This document shows, in pieces, positions 15,101-27,100 of a stretch of 64,000 nucleotides of DNA. Below the pieces are notes generated by a model. It made no database searches. It saw only the letters and a list, made by a program, of their open reading frames with translations, and was not told the origin of the DNA. The stretch comes from Tubiluchus corallicola (lineage: Eukaryota; Animalia; Priapulida), in NCBI GenBank assembly GCA_030141605.1, contig JAQGDQ010000144.1, positions 248,001-312,000 of the forward strand. The letters are read 5' to 3'. A program made the translations under genes and the position numbers. The stretch's first letter is position 1, and each line of letters starts with the position of its first letter.

Positions 15101-18100
15101 CTTCCATATAAGCGCAGTATAACAGAAATAAAATTATTACGTACAAGCGTCGTGCTGCCTGCTTAGATTTAAGTGCTATGCAAATATATGTAATTAATAA
15201 TAATCACGTGAATAGTAGGTAATTGTGCTACTAATATATCACAAATAATTGTGTAAAATATATGTATTGACTTTCATGTATAAACAAACCATAATACAGA
15301 TGGGAGCGGCAGAACTATCAGACTAGGACGTCGCAACGACTTGATATGCTTCTATATATAGTAGTAAACAATTCCTTGTTTAGGACTAGGAAAAGGCGTG
15401 TTTAAATTTTCTACACTTGTTTTTTCTAGGAATTGGAATTTAGAGACACAAGTGTAAAGGACGGAGGAGAATATCAATATCGAATAATAGCTGTCAATGC
15501 TGCGGGTCCTAGTCAACCAAGCAGCCCATCTCATTCAGCTGTTGCCAAACCACCTTTCGGTAATTTACTTGAGTAAATTACCATTTCTTGTCTTCTAACT
15601 TGGTTTGCTAACAATTTAAATTCTTAAAAGTTTTTCTTTTGTTATAACATTTTTTATTTGTCTATCATAGTTGCACCTGGACAACCTGGAACACCTGTGA
15701 TTGGCTTTGTTGATGAAAGCCATGTTGAACTGTCTTGGAAACCACCTAATAGTGATGGTGGAGCAGCTATAACTGATTACATTATTGAGACTAAGGAAAA
15801 GTGAGTTGACATTACTGTTAGTATCCTTTGAATTGGAAGTTTGTGCATAGTAAATAATGTGGGCAACTAACATTGCATCGACGACTAAATATAAATTCCT
15901 TATTTTCACATTAAATTTATTATTAATTAAATTGCATTTGATGGAATTCTGCATTACAGGTTTGCTTCTTACTGGAGTAGAATACAGCAGATATCCGCAG
16001 ATAAGACCAGCACTTCTGTATTAGATGTTGTCATTGGCCGGACATATGAATATCGTGTGACAGCAGTAAACAAGGCTGGACCTGGACAGCCTAGTGATGC
16101 ATCGGATACCGTTCTCATCAAACCTAAGTTTTGTAAGTATCTGTTAATTCTTTCGTCATGCATTTTTCTGTATCTAAATCTACTATTCTTGAATGCAAAT
16201 TCCTTCACCTTGAAGCTTGCTAATATCGTTATTGCCTACTTGTTATAGTGCCACCGTCCATACAGCGTATTGCTTTAGACGACATTACTGTGAAAGCTGG
16301 ACAGAACATCAAGTTCGAAGTTCCAATTGGTGGTGAACCTCCACCAGAAGTTGTCTGGAGTGTTAACAGTGAACCAGTAGTGCCTTCTTTAAGAACTTCC
16401 GTCACTGGCAGTGATAAAGTAAGTGTTTTTAGACAGAAAAACTTACATGTCTTTTTTTAATCAGTATTTAAATTTGTAGGATGTTGGTCAGCTTGAATTT
16501 CTAGCAATAAAATTGTGGCCAATATATTATGAGATTAACTACCATGCATAGGGTTATCATTACCATTATTAGTCAAGAATAAGTTCTCTCTCAGTATGCC
16601 TCATAGCTACTTGGCATGGCATCTGCTCTGTTTATGTGTATTTACTTTATGTATGTACTTATGGTATTTTTTGTTTAGTCACTACCTTGTTACAATTAAG
16701 TTTATCTTGAGTAAACTTGTTTAAATAGTCTAATAATCTAAAAATAAATTGCCTTATATGTGTTGACAAAATCTTAAGTAAGCACAAGCTTATGATGCTA
16801 GCTCCTTCTTGCCATTAGATCCGTGTCATGTTATACAAAATGTAGCCTTACCAGTGTTGATAACATTGATATAATCATCAATTATTTAAATTATTACTGA
16901 ATTAGCATTTTCATTTTTCTTACAACTTACTTATTCAAAGCAAAATATTTCACAGTTTAAAATTAAATTTGTGCTGCAAAAAACAAAATTATTACAATAT
17001 AAGCCTAAATTGATTTATAAAGCCATTTTTAACTTTGGGTCAAATAATGACAGTTTTAATTACCGATTCTAATGACAGGCCTAACAATGCATTTGTATTT
17101 CAGGTGACTGTTTTGACAATTAAAAATGCGGAAAGAAGTGACACGGGTGATTACACTCTTACAGTGAAGAACGAATCCGGAACAGAAACGCAAACAGCTA
17201 AAGTTACAGTGCTTGGTGAGTAAAATATTTTTCTTTTGTTGGTTGCCAGTTTAAAAAAGCACGTGATCTGGCTGCTTGCGTTCAGAAATACTCTAATGCA
17301 ATTTGCAAGCACATACCTAGCCCATTACATAGGTATTTCTTGGATCCGACTTCTAAGATTTGTAAGGAAAATATCAATATCATCTGTAATCAATATGACT
17401 CCATCTTTTGTGTTTTAAATCCACTTAATCAACTTTTTTCAGACAAGCCATCGATGCCCAGGCCGCCGTTTGAAGTATTTGATATTACCCAGGACTCTGT
17501 GAAACTACTGTGGAGAGCTCCAGAAGACGATGGTGGGGTGAAAATACAACACTATGTCGTAGAGAAGTGTGATGCTATCCGCGGATCTTGGCAAGCCGTG
17601 GAAGAGACCCGGGAAACCACATCCCGCGTTCCAAAACTGGTAGCTAAACGAGAATACTACTTCCGCGTAAAGGCTGTCAATAAGATTGGAGAATCAGAAC
17701 CGCTGCAAACAAGACAAGCAATAATTGCTAAGAACCCATACGGTTAGTTTGCAAAATTTTGTTATGATGAAAAATTTTATGAAGGTTTAAACTTCCACTT
17801 TCCCCAACAATTAATCTACAAGGAAATTGTTCTGTATGGACTCGTTATTTAGATTTCGTCTTCTGCTGTTTTATTCTATACATAAGCTGATTGACTCAAG
17901 AGGTTGTACTAATCAATGCACATAAGAATGCATCGACAAAGTTTTAAATGAATGTATAATTTTTTATTTCATTTGCAGACGAGCCATCTAAACCCAGCAA
18001 ACCTGCAGTAACTGACTGGGATTCAGATTTTGTTAAGTTGTCATGGAAACCACCTGCTAAGGATGGTGGAGCACCCATCATCGGCTATGTTATAGTTAAG

Positions 18101-21100
18101 AAAGATAAATACAGGTTTGTTTATTTGTGATGATTTTTGTAGATTGTTTTACTTTTTGTGTGCTATGACTTATGTTCCGTTTGCTAACTTACGATGTATA
18201 AATTGATCTCGCTTATGGATTGTTGTAAATGTTTTAATGTGTTTCTTTTCTTTCCTGCAGCATTGGTTGGAGCAAAGCGGCTGAGGTACCTGCGGCGGAA
18301 ACTTCAACAACCATTGTTCATTTAAAGGAGAACATGGAGTATCAGTTCCGTGTTATAGCAGTGAACAAAGCAGGACCCAGTGAACCTAGTGATCCATCAA
18401 ACTCTATCACCTGCAAATCTAGATATGGTAAAATGTCATTGCCAGATTATTTTGTACTTTTGATTTCATAATTATTTTTGTTTTCACCTTTTTATCTGTC
18501 AGTGTTTGTGATTTTCATATGCTAAGTGATATTTTCCTTTCTAATTGACATCTACGTGACATCTTAAATGCATTATGTGCTATCCACCTGTGGAATAGCT
18601 GCGGAATAAAAAATTGATAGGAAATAACTGCAGAAAAATGTAACGCATAATGCAGGTCTGATAAACGGGTGCATTGAAAACAATATAAACCAGTTTTATC
18701 TATTCTGCATCCACATAACACATACACATGCCGGATGCCAGGTAAACCCCATTTTAATCTTTCGATAATTCTGCAGGTTGATTGATATTTCAATGTTGCT
18801 TGTTTGAACTGTCATAAAAGCTAATATGTTTGCTACAAGGGTTTTTTGTTTGTAAAATCATGTTTTATTGTCGAATTTAGTGGTACCCATGATCAATACT
18901 AAAGGCTTGAGGGACATGAGGGTGAAAGTTGGACAAGAAATCTTACTAACAGCCGGTGTGAGCGGTGAACCACCACCAGAGGTAGAGTGGTTAATCAACA
19001 GCGCACCTGTGACAAAAGAACATCCCGCTGAAACTTCTGTGCAAGATGGAATGGCAAGTCTGAAAATCCGTCGTGCAGAAAGAGCCCATAGTGGTACCTT
19101 CATGTTGAAAGTTAGCAACAGTACAGGCACGGATACGGCTAGCGTTAGTGTTCTTGTCGTTGGTATGTGATTTATGTGTGTAGTTTATAATATAATATAT
19201 TATTATAATATACTATTAGTGAGTTTCATACTATCCATTACACCAGATTTTTATTCTAACATAAAATAGCAATTATCACATGTTTAGTCTCTGAATTCAT
19301 CGGTTTTCTATTGTGGGGAAGCATAATTTAAGCTTGTTTAACTCCCATTTTGCATAAGTACAAACTGCAAAATTGTATAAACGTGTTACCGCTCAGTTGC
19401 TTTGGTTAGTCTAAACTGGCTGGACTTTGGGAAAACATAATATAAACGGGGTTTTCATAATAAGTGGTTTCACAATAACCATTCATGATTGCATAGGTTT
19501 TATTATAAACTTGGCAGGGACAATATAAAATCGTCGTACTACCGAGAGTTTCGTTATAAGCCAAATCATATTGCCAGGACTCAACTGTACAAGACATTTC
19601 TAATTGTTATTTGGCCTTCTCTTTCCCATATAATTGTATAATTCATAAGCGGGTTTATACATTGGACTTTCATCAACATCAGCATCTCTACAACTAAATA
19701 ATGCGTTTATTCTATTTTTCCTAATATTTTTTTAAGAACTATAGATATCACATTTTGAGAAAGAATATAAAGTTAATGTATTTGTGTTATTTCTTGTGAT
19801 GAACATTTAGAGGCTAAACTCTTGTAGTGTTTCAGCAGTACAGCTTCTAATTGTGTGGCTGCCTAGAAATTGTCTTGAAAAATCTTGCTGCTTCCCCATA
19901 TGTCTGCAATATTTTGCTGTTCAGAGTGACTGAGAAAACTAAAACAATATTTGCACTTTCAGACAAGCCGTCTGTCCCAGAAGGTCCTCTTGAGGTCACT
20001 GATGTGACAAGCAACAGCGCGTCTCTGCACTGGCATGCATCAACTGACAGTGGTGGTTCCGACATTCTGTATTACCTAGTACAGAAGCAAGACCTGCTAC
20101 GAGCTACATGGGTAGAAGCTGGTCGTAGCAACACATGCAGCTGTAGGATTCAAAAACTTGAAGAGGGCAGAGAATATCTGTTCAGAGTGAAAGCTGTGAA
20201 TGCAGAAGGCGAATCTGAACCTCTAGTAGCTAAACAAGCTACACTGGCTAAGAATCCATTTGGTAAACATTTCAGTCCATTGGTTCTTAATTCTATGATC
20301 ACAATATATCACTTAGCACACATATATTGTGTTCCTGTTAAATTTTACTCCATGATTATGATTTTTTGCCTTTTTTTAATTGGCTTGGCGTTTACATTGT
20401 TAGCTAGTTGGTGTTCCATAACTCTGTCCAGTATTTTCTTATGGCGGCTACAAAAATGGCATTGTTTATGACCTACTACAGTATTCTATGGAATCATTAG
20501 AATATTTTAGAAACATTATTACATTCATTCACAACAATCTCGTAAGGTAAGAGGTCATCAGTAGTTTCCGTGCTTCAAGGGTTTTGGGGCTCAACAAGAC
20601 TTACACATGTTATACAAATAACCAAGATGTTAGCTGGGTATCCTGCTAGCCCCAACAACAGCAGCATAAAATTCTTCCCAAACTCTTTTGTTCCTTTGTT
20701 ATTAAGTTAGTTCTTTTATTACAAAAAAAGTCACAATGAAGATTTTCACTTTAAAACAGTTGAAATAATTTGTTGCAATGTTTTGCGTTTTAGTGATTAT
20801 AATATACCCTGTGCTGTACATAATTTATTAAGCCTTAGAAGAAACACATCGTATGAGGTGTAATGAATTTCTAGCAGTGATATCTAAATCTCTTTGCAAA
20901 GCATGCTATAAGATATAGTGTCGTGTGATATAGAGGGTTGATAATAAGCAAGATAAGCAAGTAAAAAATTTTTTTATGGAGTATGCTGTTTCAATACAGC
21001 ATTTCTTTGCATTTTACTTTGATTCACGTTTTTATGCAGTTTTTGCATCCTACAAACCTAAAACCTAGTGGCAAAGTTACTAATAACATTTAATGCATGA

Positions 21101-24100
21101 TCAATAATAGTTCTCTAAGATATGATGCTAAACTGACAGTGACATTTGACTGTACCGTAATTTTGGTATGTATTCATGCTCCCTTAATTACAGAAGCAGC
21201 CGGAGACAGTATGGCAAGTGTACAACCAAAATACATTTACTGGCATTCACCATGCTGCTTAAATTTGTAGCCAAGTTCATTATTCTCTTCAGTTATCATA
21301 TCAATTGGAAACTCAAATCTGCCTATGAATGCATGTATTCTAACTATAGTAAGATTTTTTCACTATCTAGATGTGCCATCTGCTCCTGGTATACCGGAGA
21401 TTGTTGATTGGGATGCTACTCATGTTGATTTAACTTGGACATCGCCATCATCTGATGGTGGATCACCCATCACGTCATATCTAATTGAGAAGAAAGACAA
21501 GTTCAGTGCTGGATGGAGCCGTGCAAATGAGGTGTCAAGTAGGAGTACCAGCACCACAGTATCTGGATTGAGGGAGAACATTGAATATGTGTTCAGAGTT
21601 CGAGCGGCTAATGCAGCTGGACCTGGTGAGCCAAGCGACCAATCCAGACACATCACTGCTAAGCCTAGATATTGTAAGTTATGTACAACTTCAAATGATT
21701 ACTAGTAACATCCCATTTTTCAATAGATTTTGATTGCGAGAAAACATACTTAAGTACTTAAGTATTAACCAGTTAATAAATATTTTGTTTTTATAGTGGC
21801 ACCAAAATGTGGTAAGACCTCACTACCGGACATTCGTGTGCGTGTTGGCCAAAGCTTTTACCTTGACATACCATTCGTAGGAGAGCCAACACCGGAAATT
21901 ACATGGTCACTGAATGGAAGTCCTGTAGCAGCAGATCAAAGAGTTTTGATTAAAAAATCTGAGTCTGATACAGTATTGGATAACAAGCGTGCAATTAGAG
22001 AAGACAGTGGAACATATACCCTTACTTTATCAAACAGTTCTGGAAGAGATCAAGTATCTTGTCATGTTGTTGTTCTTGGTGAGTTGCATGTGTTGACATC
22101 ATTACTTGTGTTGTTATCTCACTTTTTATATGTTGTTTCACTTTTTATGCTTTGCTATATTGTTATATATGCTGTTTCCCATTTTTGGTCTTTGCTACAT
22201 TCTTGTATATGTTGTCACCCCTTTTGTGGTTTGTTACATTGTTGCACATTGTCTTACCTTTTTGTGCTTTGTTACATTGTTTTATGTGCAATTATTGTAC
22301 ATATTATCACTCCTTTTGTGCTTTGTTATGTTCTTATATGTTGTCTCACATTTTTGTGTTTTGTTAATTTTTTTTTAATGTCTCACCATTTACTACCTTG
22401 TTACATTCTTGTATGTTGGCTTACTGTTTTGTGCTTTGTTATATTAGTGTATGTTGTCTCGTCTTTTTGTGCTTTGTTACATTCTTGTATATGTTGTTTC
22501 ATCGTTTCTGCTTTGTTATGTGACCGCATTCATGTATAATGAAAATGTAACTCTGATGCCCTTTTAGATCTATCTGACCACACCATTTCAATGTCTGAAA
22601 CCTCACAAAATGTGCTAAAATTTTGCCAATTCAATGTAAAACTTGAGCTTTTTAGTGACATACTACTGAATATGTGAACATCGTAGATTCGTTGGTAGTT
22701 CTGTAATGAATCATAATTTACTTCTGCATTTTGTAAATTATGTGGTGGTAAAATTAGAATACAAGTGTCTTATTGTGATAAACCAACTAATTTGAAATCA
22801 GATAAATAATGCAAGATGTACTGTGAGAATAACTTATACAGTTTTTACCTTTGAGTATACTAGCTTACTTCTAACAGTTCACTAAAATATGTTATTTTCA
22901 TGCAGATAAACCGTCTCCACCTCGAGGCCCACTGGAGATATATGACATGACAAGTACTAGCTGTACGTTAGCATGGAAACAACCCGAAGACAATGGTGGC
23001 AGTGAGATAACGTCATACACTGTTGAACAGCGTGACATCAAGAAAGATCATTGGATTACCATCAGTAACTATGTGATGGGTACGACATGTCATGTGCAGA
23101 AGTTGAAAGAAGGTTGTCAGTACGAGTTCAGGGTAATGGCAGAGAATATGACAGGCGTATCAGAACCTCTGTATGGTTCAGAAAGTGTTCTAGCGAAAAA
23201 TCCTTATGGTACGTATTCATTTAATATTCAGTTGTAATAATAATAGCAGTACTTTATTTTGTGCTTTGTGCTAGCAATATACACAACATGTTAAAGGTCT
23301 AAAATTTGTATGTTGCAACAATTAAATATCTAAAAATTGTACGATGCCACAATTAAATGTCATTCATGTGATGTTAGAATTTTTAAACTTATATACCGAT
23401 TATCTGCAATGAATTGAGACACTTAAGTGTGAAAACCACATATATGTGAAAAAAAGAGAAAAAAGAGCATTAAACTCTAACTTCAAAACATCATATATGA
23501 ATTCAAAGCATGTTAATGCTTATTTAGTTCGAATTATTTATGGAAATAATGCTATTGTCAGGCAAGTCCAAAAGTAATATGAACGGAAACCTTTTGTCAA
23601 ATGAGACGTGTTTTTTACTTAGATAAACCAAGTGCTCCTGGAAAGCCAGAGATCATTTCGTTCAGCAGATCAGCTATACAGATTTCATGGACACGACCTC
23701 ACTCTGATGGTGGCAGTCCCATTACTGGATATACTGTACAGCGGAAAGACAGTAGAAGTAGCCAATGGAGTTCCATTACTAGACAGCCAACAAAGGTAAG
23801 TGTGAATGGCAACATCAAACATCTCTCTTGAATTTGAAGCTATAGTTTGATGCATTTATCTGTGCTTACATTATGCAATATTGTAAGTTCTTGCTTAATG
23901 ACTCCCATTTAGCGACATTTTGTTTTAACGATGCTAAACATTTGACACCTTTTTCTCACTTAACAGCACATATTTCGTTTTAACAACGATTTTTTTTACT
24001 TTGGCTCAAAGCCATTTTTGTACTTTATCAAAAATATTTTTACCTAATTTGAACTGTTAAAACAATATGTTGTGGTATTCTGTTCTAAGAGCACACTAGT

Positions 24101-27100
24101 ATTGTAAAACAATTGTTACTTATACTTTGGCTTCTTCACTGACGGCTAGCTACTTAAATAGAGTGAGATCTACTTGTGGGTGCCTGAGAGCAACCTTTAT
24201 GCAAGGAATTTTGCCTGCAATCTGTTGCTATAGCAACCAGTATCTAGACAAAATTGCCTCAAGGCTTTCCAGTGTTCGACTGCTTAGTGTTTAACTGCAT
24301 ATTTTGGTAAGAAAGATAGATAGTTCCAAGCAAGCAAAAGGAGTTAATCAATAGAAATATGAACAAAACTCATAAAACGTTTACATTATATGATTTAAGT
24401 AGGCTAAAGTAGCATTGCTTTTTGCCTCTGTAACGTATCTCAATTCTTTTACATTATTTTTTATGGAAGTCTTGGTTTTGTTTAGCGACGTTTCTCTTAA
24501 CATCGCATTTTGCTGGAACGCATTAGCGTCGTTAAACAAGGACTTGCTATGCTATACTCGTATTATAAAATGATGACATAAAAATGCTATTATAATGTAT
24601 TTAAGAATCAATTTTTGTATTTTCACATGTGGGAATTAACACACATGCCGAAATCCTTTTAGCATTACATGTATCTAATATTCTGCTTAGAATAATAATC
24701 AAGCATTATTAAATTATTTATTGCTTTTAAACGTTAACATGCATTACTAAGTCAAGATAAGTTACTTGTCTTGTCGTGTCCATATAATAGATTAACATAT
24801 AACATTTATTCTTCAGAATCAAGAATTCACAGATACAACAGTCAGAGATGGTTACACGTATGAATATCGCATCATGGCGGTGAATGCTGCAGGAGAGGGA
24901 CCAGCCAGCGAACCTTCAATTAGCGTTACAGCAAAACCACAGTTTGGTAAGTCGGACACGACCTAATATTTTTAAACATTTTTTTCAATATGACAAATAT
25001 CCGACAATATTAACTTCTTCGGGACCTCATCACTCAAAATAGGTCTTATAAGACTTATGACACTTCTGCTACAGTATAAGCACAGAGAAAACTAAATGAT
25101 TGTAAATTAGGTATTGTTCTATTCAAGAAAATCTCAGCAATCCAATCTTGTTTGTTTAAGTATTTATAAGTCATTTACCAGGATAAGATTAAGAAAAACA
25201 CGCCTTTTCTGGTACTCCATCTTAGCCTATTGATTAGCTTAGATTGGCATACACTTGCGTAATCGTATGCACTATTTTATTGAACACTTGTTTGCTGCAG
25301 CCCAAGAGAACTGTGTGTTGTACCAGAGTTCCAGGAAAAACCAACCGATCAGCCAAGGACAAATTAAAATTGTCTCTTCTTTTAACAGGAATTTCTTCTT
25401 AAAAATAGAGAATACTTGAGGCCAAAGTGTTTCAGAGTGTTGTGTCTGGTTTGGTAGAAATTTTCTGCATTAGCCAATTTCATATAAGTGATACTATACA
25501 TCGTTACCGTGCAAACGCTGCAGTTACGGAAACTTTTTTCATTTCTTCGTCAAAAATCAATTTTTCGTTTGTCTACAGTAAGCAAATGTATTGCGTATAT
25601 AATTTTCCATGAAAATCCATTGTGTGAGGAGTAGAAACTTACAAAAATTATCATATATAATGTAATCTTTGCTTAATAAGAGCAGTTTTTCATGAACACA
25701 TGCAAAATGCAACAAACTCTTATGGACCTGAAGGAGTTAACAAACTTTTTATGATTTTTTTACTGAAAATGGTACAAACTTATCAATATTGTGGAATATT
25801 TATCAAACTGTTGTAGTTTTTGCTATTAAGAATTTGAGAACTCTATTTTGCATCTTTTATTACAGAATAAATAAAAACCAGTTTAGTGCCTTATTCAGAC
25901 AGCAACAATTTTTTTTTATAATTTGCAATTCAACACACGCTAAATGCATGTTACTCCTTACAGAAAAACCAAAATTGTCGATCCGCACTAAAGAGATTCG
26001 ATTACGGGCTGGAGAACCATTGGTTCTCAACTTCCCTATTCAGGGAGCACCAACTCCCGAAGTGGAATGGCTGAAAAACGGCTATGATCTACCGGCTGGA
26101 ACTGGAACAATCGAACAAACTGAGACAAACGTGTCACTGAAAATTCCTAAAACTGAACGAGCTGACGCCGGTAGATACGGCATCGTACTGACCAACAGCG
26201 AGGGTACAGACCGTGGCGAAGTCAGTGTCTTAATCCTTGGTAATAATTCTTTGTATCTAATAATTTAATTTGGCCAGTGAGTGTCCTGCAATCTGTTAGA
26301 TCTGTTTCACTTCAAAGGTTTTTCGTATTGCCAGCACATTCAGCCAGTGCTGTGCTTAGCAGGTCTCTAAAGACAAGAGAAGTATTTTATAAACTGCATT
26401 CACAAGATAAACATGTCTTTCCAGATTTGCTTAGTACTTTTGATAAGAACTAATGATGTTCCATCAAGTGCAAAGATAGTCTGGTACGCAGTGTGCCAGA
26501 TGTCTTGTTTAGAGCACAATGAGTAGTCATCATTGTCTAAACTTATTATTTGGAAGCTTGGTTAGTTATGGAATATTTAAAGTGAAGGCAATGTTGTGCT
26601 AATATTTAGGTTAACAGCTAACATTCTGTGACAACCTTTTATTCTCAAGCCTCAAAACACAAATATTTTTGCATGAAATAACTTACGAGGGACAATCTAA
26701 GGCCATATTGTACATTTTGCAGATAAACCAGGTAAACCCAAAGGTCCGCTGAAAGCTACTGATATTACAAAGAACACTGTGACATTGCTATGGCAACCTC
26801 CTGAAGATACCGGTGGCATTGACCTGACAGGTATATTTACATACAAAACATTTTTGTAACTCTGCATGAGGTGAGATGAAAAAAAGGCTTATATTTCGAG
26901 CTGTACTCTTGTGTTGTTTTTAACATTCAAGTATACCATAATTGTATTTAGTCATACAAGCTTTGATTAAAGTTTTGTTTTAATAAGCACCCTACTTACT
27001 TCTCAAGTGGTAATCGATATTCTTATATTCACCATACTAGAATGAGACAGTGAGTTGGTTTTTGTCAACTTAATCACAATTTATACCTCAGAAAATGTAA

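Noticed and set aside
22100-22520. CRISPR-like array or other prokaryotic systems
   Set aside because: Eukaryotic intron; degenerate head-to-tail repeat with no unique spacers and no cas genes.
1105-24946. Super-repeats as an assembly duplication artefact
   Set aside because: Copies are strongly diverged in protein sequence, and their introns differ in sequence and often in position.
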